A DNA stretch of 64,000 nucleotides from Candidatus Bathyarchaeia archaeon (GTDB taxonomy: Archaea; Thermoproteota; Bathyarchaeia; Bathyarchaeales; Bathycorpusculaceae). The stretch spans positions 32,001-96,000 of the forward strand of contig JAVZLS010000001.1 of the NCBI GenBank assembly GCA_038883715.1, written 5' to 3'. Within the stretch, counting starts at the first letter, position 1; every line of letters begins with the position of its first letter. This document shows, piece by piece, positions 40,997-50,904 of the stretch. Under the pieces are notes generated by a model, which saw only the letters and a list, made by a program, of their open reading frames with translations, was not told where the DNA came from and ran no database searches. A program made the translations under genes and the position numbers.

Positions 40997-41815
40997 CTAT
41001 TTACTCTCTGTTTTTTGAATGATCAGCGATGGGAAGGCGCGTTGGCAAGCCTTCAGTATTGGCGGTCCAAGCAGTATTAAGAATGGAATTTCTGTGGCAA
41101 ACGTCCAAATAAGCCAAAGCAAAGCGGCATAGAACGGCAAAGGAGAGCCGCCGCCGCCGACTGCTGCTGGAAGGACGAATATTTGGCTGTAAGCCCAAAC
41201 TATTAAGCCTATAATTGTGCTTCCAACAATAAGCCCTATTACCGAGCCTAACTCATATTCTCGCCATTCAGGCCATAAATATCCAATAGCTACGGCGATT
41301 ATGAAGGCGGCCACCATTATTGCTGTGAAAAGGTTGAGCCCATTAATAATTGGATTTGCTCCCTCCATAAGCTTCGTGAAGTTTTCTTGATCTATTAATC
41401 TGTTATTAACTATCTGTGGTATGGTAACGTAGGAGATTGTTGCAAGCGAGCCGAAGGAAATTATTAGGCATCCAACGCCAGAGACAGCAATGAGCTTTGT
41501 CCAGTCTATTTTTTTTCTACTTATGTAGCCAAGTAGATAGAAGCCTAAAAAGTTGGCTGTAACCCCGGCACTTAAGCTTAATAAAGGGTCTCCGTGGATT
41601 AGCATGTCACTTATGAATATGCCTATAGCTGCGCCCAGTCCCCCGACAAGCGGACCAAAAAGCACGGAGAAAACCGCTGGCACAACAACATTCGGCCAGA
41701 ATCTCACTATGCCTATGCCTGGAGTTACTATTGGAAGGAACAGGTAGATTATATAGCCTGTCACGGCATATAATGCTCCGCAAACGGCACTTTCGGCAAT
41801 CTCTAAAGGCTTCAA
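40997..41815 (-). CDS. ECF transporter S component (QueT-like)
   Basis: ALYA, RFWP.V..PAVFSVLFGP.VGG.GAAIG.FISD. Confidence 0.8.
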   Translation of the reverse strand: MKPLEIAESAVCGALYAVTGYIIYLFLPIVTPGIGIVRFWPNVVVPAVFSVLFGPLVGGLGAAIGIFISDMLIHGDPLLSLSAGVTANFLGFYLLGYISRKKIDWTKLIAVSGVGCLIISFGSLATISYVTIPQIVNNRLIDQENFTKLMEGANPIINGLNLFTAIMVAAFIIAVAIGYLWPEWREYELGSVIGLIVGSTIIGLIVWAYSQIFVLPAAVGGGGSPLPFYAALLWLIWTFATEIPFLILLGPPILKACQRAFPSLIIQKTESK

Positions 41816-41930
41816 GTTTAACCGCCTACTGGGTGGCTAAAGCTTGTTTTTAAATAAAGATTTCGTATATTTTGTTTAAATATGTTTAAACTTGTTTGGA
41901 AAGCGTTTTTGTTGAACTGTTGTACTGTTA

Positions 41931-41951
41931 TGTGTAGCTCTGTTCTACGCA
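41931..41951 (+). promoter_or_regulatory. Palindromic operator TGTGTAG-N7-CTACGCA upstream of the pilin TATA box
   Basis: Near-identical copy at 42594-42614; TTTAAAC at 41964. Confidence 0.7.
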
Positions 41952-42004
41952 CAAACCATCATATTTAAACAAGGCTGAATTTTTGGCACGGAGCGAAAAA
42001 GAAA

Positions 42005-42535
42005 ATGAAAATGTTAAAGAATAAAAAAGCGCTGAGCACAGTGGTGACTACACTGATTGTTCTAGTGGTCTCGGTGCTGTTGGCGACTGTTGTGACGTTC
42101 TACGCCATAAACGTCACAACCACAAGAGTACAAGAAGAAAGCCTACAAATAACGAATCTGCACGTTTGGTGCGACTCAAGTGGTACAGCCTCAGCAGCCT
42201 TTGTCATAACTAACACTGGCGGACGAGACGCAGTCATAGACAAAATAACAATAAGAGGTGTTAAGGTCACGGACATATGGTATAACGTCACTACTGGAAC
42301 GCCAGACCCCGGATACTATGGTAATTCAGACGATCTAAATGCTACCGGCTATTACACAAAACTTGGCGCGGGCGAATATTTGATATTGCGTTCTGGTAGC
42401 CGCATGGTCGTCTATCTCTTCGGCCTAAATCATATATCAACAAGCGACATTGGTGTAACTATCGGCGTGGTTGTTTTCACCGCCAACGCCCAATATCACA
42501 AAGAAACAAACGTTGAAGCCGCCCCAACAAGTTAA
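42005..42535 (+). CDS. Archaeal type IV pilin (probable major pilin)
   Basis: Class III signal peptide KKA/LS + hydrophobic helix; own promoter and T-rich terminator. Confidence 0.85.
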   Translation: MKMLKNKKALSTVVTTLIVLVVSVLLATVVTFYAINVTTTRVQEESLQITNLHVWCDSSGTASAAFVITNTGGRDAVIDKITIRGVKVTDIWYNVTTGTPDPGYYGNSDDLNATGYYTKLGAGEYLILRSGSRMVVYLFGLNHISTSDIGVTIGVVVFTANAQYHKETNVEAAPTS

Positions 42536-42542
42536 AAACCAA

Positions 42543-42561
42543 TCTCTCTTTTTCTTTTTTT
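42543..42561 (+). terminator. Oligo-T archaeal terminator after the pilin
   Basis: TCTCTCTTTTTCTTTTTTT just after the stop codon. Confidence 0.55.
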
Positions 42562-42593
42562 GGCTTATTGTTGCTATGAATTTTGCATTCTTA

Positions 42594-42614
42594 TGTGTAG
42601 TTTTGTTCTACACA
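42594..42614 (+). promoter_or_regulatory. Palindromic operator TGTGTAG-N7-CTACACA upstream of the pilus operon TATA box
   Basis: Perfect 7-bp inverted repeat; TTATAAC at 42627, same spacing as at the pilin promoter. Confidence 0.7.
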
Positions 42615-42689
42615 CATTATCTTATCTTATAACAGCCTCCAAAGGTTTTTGATTGGCTAGCCGTTGGCAAGAGAGGAGACTGTTAAAAG

Positions 42690-43517
42690 TTGCGCATAAT
42701 AGGCTTAGGAGGGCTAATTGGTTCGAGGAAGGCTCTGGCTATTCCAGTCACCTACCTTATACTTTTTGCCTCGCTCATCGTCATAATATCCGCCACCTAC
42801 GGCTTTGCCATAACCCGGATAAGCGCAAAAACTGCCCAATTAAGAGTTTCAGTTGCGAAGCAGAACATGCAGGCTTTGGATGATGCTGTACGCTCTGTGG
42901 CTTGGTCTGCCGGCAGCTCAAAAACTATCTACATGGAGGACTGCGGAGGCGCTTTTCGAATGCAGCCAGCAGCCAAAAGTCTCATTGTAAACTTGACGGA
43001 TGGGCAGGCATTTTCCCGCTTGGTGTTTAATAGTTCTGTTGGTAAAGCCTTTTACATGCTTGAGGGCGTGGCTGAAAGCTACGAAGGTGCATATGTTAAG
43101 GGTGACAGTCGGGCAATGATAGATCAGAGCGCCTTTACAGTTACGCAGCTTTACTTTGAAAGGGGCGAAAGCGCACAACAACTTGTCCTATGCTACAGGC
43201 CGATGACAACTGTTTTGACGGCTGGCACAAGCAATGGAAAACCGCTTAACATCATACGTGTATACATAATAAGCCTAAGCTCTTCCCAGACTTTTTCGCT
43301 TTATGGAAGCTTCCACCTAAAGGTCTCAGCATTGAACATCACTTCAACAGTTGAGCTTTTTACGTTCAACAGTTCGGTCTCTTCCCTTGCTTTGGAAGCC
43401 CTTTCAGAAGGCGTTAAAACAACTGTTTGGCTTCCAGTGGAAAGCACTAGTGAAGGCGCAGTTGTAAGCCTCGAAGTTGTCGTCTGCCACATACAGGTTA
43501 GGAGGGTTAACGCCTAA
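42690..43517 (+). CDS. Pilin-like protein
   Basis: RKA/LA + hydrophobic helix (class III-like signal). Confidence 0.7.
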   Translation: MRIIGLGGLIGSRKALAIPVTYLILFASLIVIISATYGFAITRISAKTAQLRVSVAKQNMQALDDAVRSVAWSAGSSKTIYMEDCGGAFRMQPAAKSLIVNLTDGQAFSRLVFNSSVGKAFYMLEGVAESYEGAYVKGDSRAMIDQSAFTVTQLYFERGESAQQLVLCYRPMTTVLTAGTSNGKPLNIIRVYIISLSSSQTFSLYGSFHLKVSALNITSTVELFTFNSSVSSLALEALSEGVKTTVWLPVESTSEGAVVSLEVVVCHIQVRRVNA

Positions 43518-43985
43518 ATGCCAGCTATAACGCCTAGCTACTTATACACTTTCTTCGCCATAATCGCCGTGGGCAGTATCCTCCTAGTCTCCTTTATGGG
43601 CTATGCCAACGCCATACGCCTCTCATCGGAGATGGGCAAACTAAAGGATTTAGTGGATTTGGTTGCTGCCAAAGCTACAGAACTCATAAGCCTTGCCAAG
43701 GCGGCAAACACAACAGCCGAAGTCTTCATCCAGGCGCCAGCAGCCATTGGCGATAGGCTGTACTGGCTCATGCTCGGAAACGATTCTTCAATGGTTTGGG
43801 TTGAAGGCGGATTGGGAAATACGCCAATAGCCGAGGCGGGAGTACGCGTTTATCTTCCAAGCACGGCTTTGGCTTATGGCTATTATGTTAGTGGTTATGG
43901 GGCAATCCTCCTAAAATGCTCTATGAATCAGGAAGCTGGAATCATCGAGGTTCAGCTTTCAAGCTCAAGCCAAAATGGAGGGTGA
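43518..43985 (+). CDS. Pilus-associated membrane-anchored protein
   Basis: N-terminal TM; operon context. Confidence 0.65.
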   Translation: MPAITPSYLYTFFAIIAVGSILLVSFMGYANAIRLSSEMGKLKDLVDLVAAKATELISLAKAANTTAEVFIQAPAAIGDRLYWLMLGNDSSMVWVEGGLGNTPIAEAGVRVYLPSTALAYGYYVSGYGAILLKCSMNQEAGIIEVQLSSSSQNGG

Positions 43986-45591
43986 AAAAGGTTTGAAGTT
44001 TGCATTAAAACTTAAGAAGGGCGGGGCGGAGGCGGAATTTAAGGATTTAGTGGGTGAAGAAGCCGAACTAGCCGGTTTCATGGAAGCTCAGAAATGGAGT
44101 GTTCCTGAAGGCTATGTGGAAGTGGAATACTACCCTTTAAAGCCTCCCTTCTCCTATGCAGCCATAATCCAAAACGAGGAGACACTAGAATACCTATACG
44201 TTTTAGACGAGCTGCCCTTGGCAAAGGAGGAGAGGGATGGCTACCATAGGCTTAGAAACATTTTGGAACTTGAACTTCAAGCCCCAGAAGGCGAGGAAAC
44301 CCTGGCAGAGTCTTTTAGGCGGCAGATGCCAGAAATTCTCGCAAGACACCGCAAAGTCCATGAGGGAATATCCCCCATAGGCGTGAGGAAAATCCTCTAC
44401 TACCTCGAGAGGGACATTGTTGGATATGGCAAAATAGACCCGCTAATGTATGACGATTATGTTGAGGATATTGGATGCAGCGGCGTCAACAAGCCCATAT
44501 ACCTTTGGCATAGGAAATATGAAAACATTAAAACAAATATTGTTTTTAGGGACGAGCAAGAACTCGAAGACTTTGTTATGCGGATGGTTCACAAGTCTGG
44601 AAAACACGTTAGCATAGCCTTCCCAATAGTGGACGTAACACTGCCTGAAAAACACCGCTTAGCCGTCTCCTTCGGCAAGGAAACAACGCCATACGGAACA
44701 GCCTTTACCATTCGAAAGTTTCGCAGAGACCCCTTCACAATAATAGACCTTATTGAAAACGAGACCATAAACGAGAGCATAGCCGCCTACCTTTGGCTTT
44801 TAATGGAGAACAAAATGTCAGTCATGATCATCGGGGCTACGGGTGCTGGAAAAACAACAGCCCTAAACGCCATCGCCTGCCTCATAAAACCCAGCTACAA
44901 AATAATCTCCGTTGAAGAAGTCGCAGAAATAAACCTGCCCCACGAAAACTGGACTTCGACGATTGCGCGGTCCGGCTTCGGAGTGGAAAGCGAGGGCGAA
45001 ATAACCCTTTACGACTTAATCAAGTCCGCGGTGCGCCACCGCCCAGACCTAATAATTGTAGGCGAAGTCCGCGGAGAAGAAGCCTATGTGCTCTTCCAAG
45101 CCTTAGCGACTGGACATGGCGGCTTGTGCACGCTTCACGCTGAGGATGTTGACACCGCTATAAAGAGGCTTACCCAGCCGCCCATGAATATCCCAACATC
45201 GATAATTCCGCTTATGAACTGCGTAATCACGGTTAAGCATGTCAGAACCCCTGTCTTCCTAGAGTCTGGGAGGAGGCTTTCAAGCCGGAAGTTCATCAGC
45301 GTCACGGAAATAAAAGACTACAATAGTTATCAGGAGGTTTTCAACTGGAACCCTTCCACAGATACTTTTAGGGAAAATTTGACTGAAAGCTACCTGCTCA
45401 AGAAAATGGCTGCAAGCCTAGACATTCCAGTTGAAAGGCTTATTGACGAATTGGAATATCGCAAGCGGGTTCTAGCGCACATGGTGGAGCACGGCATCCG
45501 CGACTACAGAAGCGTAAACAAAGTCTTAAGCAAATACTACAACAACCCAGAGCTTTTCCAGAGGGAATTTCTGGGGAAAGGCGGGTGGTAA
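43975..45591 (+). CDS. Type II/IV secretion system (pilus assembly) ATPase
   Basis: GATGAGKT, RHRPDLIIVGEVRG, ATGH...TLHA, FTIRKF. Confidence 0.93.
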   Translation: MEGEKGLKFALKLKKGGAEAEFKDLVGEEAELAGFMEAQKWSVPEGYVEVEYYPLKPPFSYAAIIQNEETLEYLYVLDELPLAKEERDGYHRLRNILELELQAPEGEETLAESFRRQMPEILARHRKVHEGISPIGVRKILYYLERDIVGYGKIDPLMYDDYVEDIGCSGVNKPIYLWHRKYENIKTNIVFRDEQELEDFVMRMVHKSGKHVSIAFPIVDVTLPEKHRLAVSFGKETTPYGTAFTIRKFRRDPFTIIDLIENETINESIAAYLWLLMENKMSVMIIGATGAGKTTALNAIACLIKPSYKIISVEEVAEINLPHENWTSTIARSGFGVESEGEITLYDLIKSAVRHRPDLIIVGEVRGEEAYVLFQALATGHGGLCTLHAEDVDTAIKRLTQPPMNIPTSIIPLMNCVITVKHVRTPVFLESGRRLSSRKFISVTEIKDYNSYQEVFNWNPSTDTFRENLTESYLLKKMAASLDIPVERLIDELEYRKRVLAHMVEHGIRDYRSVNKVLSKYYNNPELFQREFLGKGGW

Positions 45592-45594
45592 AAG

Positions 45595-47094
45595 TTGCAA
45601 GTTCAAATCGGCAAGCCTAAAATTTTTGGGCGAATGCTGAGCCGCTTCGTAGAAGAGGATACAAGCGAAATAAACCGTGAGCTTCCTTTTGCCGCCTTGC
45701 TCTTTACAATATTGGCTGCCAGCGAGGTAACCCTATACGAGAGTTGGAAAAAACTCTACGCCATAGAGCAACTGCCCCAATTTAGGAAAGAGGCAAGGGA
45801 GGTCGTCAGACAAGTTGAGGTTTTGGGATATGACCCATTAACTGTTATGCAGAAGCGGGCTGAAAAAACAAAGTCTAAAAATTACCGTGAATTCCTATTG
45901 GGCTATGTTTCAGCCATCAGAAGCGGCGGGAACATCATAAACTTTCTTAAAAGCAAGCTTCGATCAATATTTGATGTTCAAAGCTCCGCCGCCATCCGTT
46001 CGATAGAGAGACTTGGCACCCTTGTGGAAGCCTACGCCGTCATGTTAATCGTAACCCTATGCTCTTACATACTCTTCATAGTTTTCTCGACAACATCAAT
46101 ATTTGAGCCGACGAGGATTACTGGAACCCCAAGCATATCCACAGACGTTGTCTGCCTCCTAATATTTCTTTTAACCCCGATGATTTCGCTGGTTTTCATG
46201 ATAATCGCCCACATAGAAAGGAAAAGTAACCTTATTGGGCTTAGGACTCCATACAAAGTTGCAGCCATAGCCATAGTCGCCGCCAGCGCCTTTATAGCAT
46301 CCATCTTCATGCTCCCCCAACTTCAATTCCTCAGAAGCCCCCAAATTCTGCCCCTTGTATTAACAGTATGCTTGCTTACGGTTTCAATTCCTCCAGCGAT
46401 AATCTACATGGAAATTGCCAGAATAAACAATGCTGCTGAAAACGCCATGCCAAGCTTCCTAAGAGACGTCACAGAAGCCAGAAAAACAGGACTTTCGCCA
46501 GAGAAAAGCATAGTTCACGCTACGAAGCGCCCGGGCTATGGAAAATTCTCCGAGGTTCTGAGGCTTGTAAGAAGCCAGATAGAGTGGGGTGTACCCCTAA
46601 GAAAGATATTTGCGAGCATAAAAAGGAAGCTTCAGACGTGGCCTGTTTTGGTGAACTTCCTCATACTTGTCGAGACCATTAAAATGGGCGGGGGCTCAAG
46701 TGTAGCCCTAGAAATTTTGACGGAGTACAGCGAAAAGCAGAAGGATGTTGAAACCAACAAGAAGTCCTTGCTTAGGCCTTATGTTATTTTGGCTTTCATA
46801 TGGAGCGTTCTCATAGCCCTAACCACAACAATGGTTGCCTTAACAGTTTACACTTTGACGAGGCTTTCGCTTCCCGGCGCCACGCCGGTGTCCTTTATTG
46901 CTATGCAGGAGCAGATGAACCTCTTTTCTTTGGGTATATTGGTGCAGTGTTGGCTTTCAGGCTTCTTTGTGGGCAAGGTTAGTGAAGGAACTTTTGCTGC
47001 TGGTTTCAAGTATTCAGCCATGCTTGTCTTGACGGCACACATTTCGCTGGCACTCTCACAGAGCTTGTTAGGTGGAATGTTTGGGCTTGTTTAA
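45595..47094 (+). CDS. Type II secretion F/TadC-like pilus platform protein
   Basis: Two T2SF-like repeats with TMs; follows the ATPase. Confidence 0.88.
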   Translation: MQVQIGKPKIFGRMLSRFVEEDTSEINRELPFAALLFTILAASEVTLYESWKKLYAIEQLPQFRKEAREVVRQVEVLGYDPLTVMQKRAEKTKSKNYREFLLGYVSAIRSGGNIINFLKSKLRSIFDVQSSAAIRSIERLGTLVEAYAVMLIVTLCSYILFIVFSTTSIFEPTRITGTPSISTDVVCLLIFLLTPMISLVFMIIAHIERKSNLIGLRTPYKVAAIAIVAASAFIASIFMLPQLQFLRSPQILPLVLTVCLLTVSIPPAIIYMEIARINNAAENAMPSFLRDVTEARKTGLSPEKSIVHATKRPGYGKFSEVLRLVRSQIEWGVPLRKIFASIKRKLQTWPVLVNFLILVETIKMGGGSSVALEILTEYSEKQKDVETNKKSLLRPYVILAFIWSVLIALTTTMVALTVYTLTRLSLPGATPVSFIAMQEQMNLFSLGILVQCWLSGFFVGKVSEGTFAAGFKYSAMLVLTAHISLALSQSLLGGMFGLV

Positions 47095-47109
47095 TAAAGC
47101 CTCTAAAAG

Positions 47110-48186
47110 GTGAAAGCCGTGCCGGCAATATCCATAGACACTTTTTTCGCGTGTTCCCTAATGGTTTTGCTTGTGCTATCGGCTATGACTGCCACCGCTA
47201 GCCTCCTTTACCAGCCTATAAGCGGCTCCTTTGGAGACGAAGCCTCTACAAGATATGGAGAAATCGCCAAATACATACTGCTGAACACTGGAAAGCCAGC
47301 AGATTGGGGGAAAAGTAGCCAAACAGTTCCAGAGGAGTTTGGCTTGGCAGACGCTGAAGCGGCACATCCCTACACGCTTGACGTGGACAAAGTTTCTAGG
47401 CTGAACGGCGAAAGTCTTCACGCTTTAAGTTATGCCCAAATATACACAAGTTTAAAAATTCCAGATGTAGTCTTCAGAATCGAGATAATACCATTATTTG
47501 AAACATTTGTAAATCTCATCGCAAACTATGAAAGTGAAGGCGAAGCAATCTACGAGTTTGAAGTTAAAACCGTGAGAAGCGGCGTCAACGTGCCAACAGA
47601 ATTAAGACTCTATGTCATCGCTGAAAGTCTTTTGCAAGACTTGGGTATTTACAGTTCTGGTGGTGAAATCCGCTTAAATGTAACAATCCCAAACAGCATC
47701 GATGGACCAGCACTGCTTGTTGTTTTAGCAAAATCCCAGTGCGACGCAAAAATTGTTTCCTTCGCTGTTTACGCTTTTGCCCACAACTCCCAAAATCCAG
47801 TGTCAAAGGGTAGTTTTTTGAGGCTTTCCCCGTTAAACCACACACTAACTGTTGTGCTTAATAATCCAAACATAGTTTTGCTGGACGTTTATGCTTTAAC
47901 CTTCAGCTACTCCTTAACTTTAGAGAAAACGACAAGTCAAAACCAGTCTGTCACATTCAACATTCCAAAAATTTTGGACGCAAGTCCAATAGTGCTAGTT
48001 GCCAATGGACGGAATTCCACACAGTTCTTTGTAGAGTGGACTGTTTACCCGCAGATACCGGTGGCGATTGGCATAAGCCCAGCAGAATCCACAAGCCTAG
48101 CAGATGTTTACGCTTACACATACTTGGTCACCATAAACTCCGCGTTGTATAAGTGCACGGTTTGGCTTGGAGGACCAAAACAGTGA
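47110..48186 (+). CDS. Pilus-associated protein
   Basis: N-terminal TM; G.P.DW...FGLA motif seen in archaeal pilus-operon proteins. Confidence 0.65.
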   Translation: MKAVPAISIDTFFACSLMVLLVLSAMTATASLLYQPISGSFGDEASTRYGEIAKYILLNTGKPADWGKSSQTVPEEFGLADAEAAHPYTLDVDKVSRLNGESLHALSYAQIYTSLKIPDVVFRIEIIPLFETFVNLIANYESEGEAIYEFEVKTVRSGVNVPTELRLYVIAESLLQDLGIYSSGGEIRLNVTIPNSIDGPALLVVLAKSQCDAKIVSFAVYAFAHNSQNPVSKGSFLRLSPLNHTLTVVLNNPNIVLLDVYALTFSYSLTLEKTTSQNQSVTFNIPKILDASPIVLVANGRNSTQFFVEWTVYPQIPVAIGISPAESTSLADVYAYTYLVTINSALYKCTVWLGGPKQ

Positions 48187-48605
48187 AAAACCAGGAGAAG
48201 GGGCAAATCAGGATAATTGAGGCTTTTCTAGCCGTATTAATAGTCTTCTCTTCATTGGCTATTTCTGCAAGCCTAACAACAGAGCATAAAACCGCAGAAT
48301 CCAGAGACTTGACATCTGTTGGAATGCAAGCCCTAATAAAACTTGATTCTGATGGAAGCTTAGACGTCTACATAGATTCCGGAGACTGGTTTGGACTGCG
48401 GGAAGCGTTAAGTCTTCTCCTTCCAGAGGGCGTGTCCTTCAACTTAACCGTCTATGACGAGGGAATGCGGCAAATAAACACTGAAGCCATAACAAATGGA
48501 AACATCAACGGCCAAGAAGTAGCCTCAATAAAATATGTTTGCGTAAGCCGAAACCCCAACTTCAAGTATTATGTGATTTATCTGCAGTTGGCTGTGGTTA
48601 AATGA
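48183..48605 (+). CDS. Minor pilin-like protein
   Basis: KG/QIRIIE class III signal; GTG start overlapping the upstream stop. Confidence 0.72.
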   Translation: MKNQEKGQIRIIEAFLAVLIVFSSLAISASLTTEHKTAESRDLTSVGMQALIKLDSDGSLDVYIDSGDWFGLREALSLLLPEGVSFNLTVYDEGMRQINTEAITNGNINGQEVASIKYVCVSRNPNFKYYVIYLQLAVVK

Positions 48606-49378
48606 AAAGGCTTGGAAGACTTGTGAAAGCAAAAAGTTCCGGTCAGCTTCTGATAGTGGCAGCCCTAGCAATAGCCATACTCATATCCACAACAACAGCC
48701 TACGTTTACGAGGTTAGCAGACAAAAGCCATCAGTCTCTCAAAGCTTTCCATTGGCTGATTTCGTTTTAGCTATAAAGCAAGGCTCAAGAAACGCCATAA
48801 TAAGCGCACTAGCCAACATCACAAACGGGGGAGAAAAAGCAGTTTTGGCTTCAAATCTTAATGGTTTATCTCAAGCCTACAGAAGCCTAAACGCTTATGG
48901 GCTTTATTACCTATCCCACTCGGTTTTAAATGATTCGCGTTATGTGGACGGCTTTCGGCTTTCGTGGGAAGAACCAAGCGGGTTGGGCATATCAAGCGCC
49001 TACGCAAACTTCACATTGGAATTTTATGGCTTAACGGAGAAAATCACGCTAAGCTACGCCATAAACATAACAACAACGATAAGGCTGAAAGGCTATTGTA
49101 CATTAAATGCTTCTGAAAAAGTCGTCAGCTTAACATGCCAAGTCTTCAACGAGGAGAAGCCAGCACTGGCCAAAAATATAACGGTCTATTATGAGCTGGA
49201 CGGAATTTGGGTTCCAACCAACTCGTCAAATAACCTCTCCATAATAGATTATGGTAATGGAACCTATGCCATATCCTTCACGGTTAGCACAGATTCAGAT
49301 GATGTGCGGGTTTCGGTGCACGTCTATGATTTGCGAGGCATATTTGTTAAGGCAAACTTGACATGTGACAAAGCCTAA
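48602..49378 (+). CDS. Minor pilin-like protein
   Basis: Basic N-terminus, SG/QLLIV + hydrophobic helix. Confidence 0.72.
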   Translation: MKRLGRLVKAKSSGQLLIVAALAIAILISTTTAYVYEVSRQKPSVSQSFPLADFVLAIKQGSRNAIISALANITNGGEKAVLASNLNGLSQAYRSLNAYGLYYLSHSVLNDSRYVDGFRLSWEEPSGLGISSAYANFTLEFYGLTEKITLSYAINITTTIRLKGYCTLNASEKVVSLTCQVFNEEKPALAKNITVYYELDGIWVPTNSSNNLSIIDYGNGTYAISFTVSTDSDDVRVSVHVYDLRGIFVKANLTCDKA

Positions 49379-49414
49379 AGATGATTTTCGGCTGAATTTT
49401 CGTGTTCCTTAAAT

Positions 49415-50155
49415 ATGGATTATACCACTTCTAAATTGAAAAATGAACAGAAGGCTTGTGCTGAGATGAGCGAGGCAAAGGCTTGGCGTCACGTTTTTAC
49501 GCTTTTAAAGTTGGCGGAGCTTGGGGCCCACAGAAGAACGGCGAAAATTTCAACAGAATACCTTGCGCGGAAGCTCGGCGTTTCCCAGCAGTCTGCGTCC
49601 CGCCACTTAATAGAGCTCGAACATAAGGGCTGGATTAAAAGGACGATGACACCGGAAGGATGCCTAATAAAAATGACGGAGTCTGGCTTAGCAGAGCTTA
49701 AGAGGCTTTACTCGAGCTTACGCTTTCTAATGGAAGCCACATATCCGCCGTCAATAACCCTTGAAGGCGTAGTCTTCACTGGATTAGGCGAAGGCGCCTA
49801 CTATGTGACAAGAGACCCGTACAGAAGGCAGTTCATTGAAAAGCTAGGCTTTGACCCCTATCCTGGGACGTTGAACCTAAAACTTGTAACGGACTACGAC
49901 GTTAAAACCCGCTCAGAGCTTGAGGCTTACCCAGCAATAGAGATTGAGGGGTTCAGAAACGAGAACCGCACCTTTGGACCGGTGAAGTGTTACCCGGCAA
50001 TAATAGAGAACAAGGTGAAGGGCGCCTTTGTATCAGCCTTAAGGAGCCACTATGACGCGTCAGTTATAGAGCTTATAGCACCTATATGCCTAAGAAAGCA
50101 TTTAGCCCTAAAAGATGGCCACAAGGTGAAGGTGGAAGTTTTAACCCTTCCATAA
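49415..50155 (+). CDS. ribK: CTP-dependent riboflavin kinase with N-terminal wHTH (RbkR-type)
   Basis: SQQSASR HTH; GLGEGAYY, PYPGTLN, ELIAP..LR. Confidence 0.92.
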   Translation: MDYTTSKLKNEQKACAEMSEAKAWRHVFTLLKLAELGAHRRTAKISTEYLARKLGVSQQSASRHLIELEHKGWIKRTMTPEGCLIKMTESGLAELKRLYSSLRFLMEATYPPSITLEGVVFTGLGEGAYYVTRDPYRRQFIEKLGFDPYPGTLNLKLVTDYDVKTRSELEAYPAIEIEGFRNENRTFGPVKCYPAIIENKVKGAFVSALRSHYDASVIELIAPICLRKHLALKDGHKVKVEVLTLP

Positions 50156-50164
50156 AATTTTACG

Positions 50165-50653
50165 CTATTCGCCTCGCCTTCTATAATGCTCTATAATTTT
50201 CTGCTTAATCTTCGAAGAGCTGTCCAGCTCATCCTCGCCAAACTTGCCAATCCTAACAACCTTAATTTTGAGCCCCTTCTCCCTCACATAATCCTTAACT
50301 GCCTTCTCCATCCCATCCTGGTCGTGGCCGACTGCAATAACGTCTGGCTTAATCTTTTCAATAACCTTGCCTATGTTAAAGTCTTCATAGCCCAAAATGG
50401 CTTCATCCACAACCTTCAAAGACTCTACAAGTGCACGCCGCTGGTTTTCAGGTATAACCGGCTTTGAGCCCTTACGTTTTTCAACCGTGCTGTCCCTAGC
50501 CACAATGACAATTAGCTCGGCTTTTTTCCCGCCAGCTTTTTTGGCTTCCTCCAGATAACGCACATGCCCAAGATGAAGGAGGTCGAAAACTCCTGAAGCC
50601 AAAACTACCTTCCGCTTTCTTTTCCGCTCTTTTCCTTTTTCCTCTTTGGCCAT
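50165..50653 (-). CDS. ribL: FAD synthase
   Basis: GVFDLLHLGH, VARD, GHDQ, SSSKIK. Confidence 0.9.
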   Translation of the reverse strand: MAKEEKGKERKRKRKVVLASGVFDLLHLGHVRYLEEAKKAGGKKAELIVIVARDSTVEKRKGSKPVIPENQRRALVESLKVVDEAILGYEDFNIGKVIEKIKPDVIAVGHDQDGMEKAVKDYVREKGLKIKVVRIGKFGEDELDSSSKIKQKIIEHYRRRGE

Positions 50654-50904
50654 TCAAACTTCACCATTCCCAACATTTTTAAGGAGTCAAGCAGTCCCTC
50701 ACAGTACGCTACAGAAGCGAGGCTGACTTCTAGTTTTCCCTCATCCCTATAATACTTTGCATCTTGCAGATAGGCTTTTGCAAGCTCCAAAACCTGCTTA
50801 ACCTTATCCGTGGAAAAATCGGCATAACCATCCACAACTGTTATCTCATCAAAAACATGGTCTGTGGAAGCGATGTATTTTGCAACAAGTTCTTCTAGGC
50901 TCAT
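50605..50904 (-). CDS. DUF357 protein
   Basis: AKAYLQDAKYY...YCEGLLD; downstream of dph5. Confidence 0.85.
   Translation of the reverse strand: MSLEELVAKYIASTDHVFDEITVVDGYADFSTDKVKQVLELAKAYLQDAKYYRDEGKLEVSLASVAYCEGLLDSLKMLGMVKFEWPKRKKEKSGKESGR

Noticed and set aside
42005-47094. Archaellum operon
   Set aside because: No ArlH, ArlF/G or chemotaxis genes; better explained as a pilus
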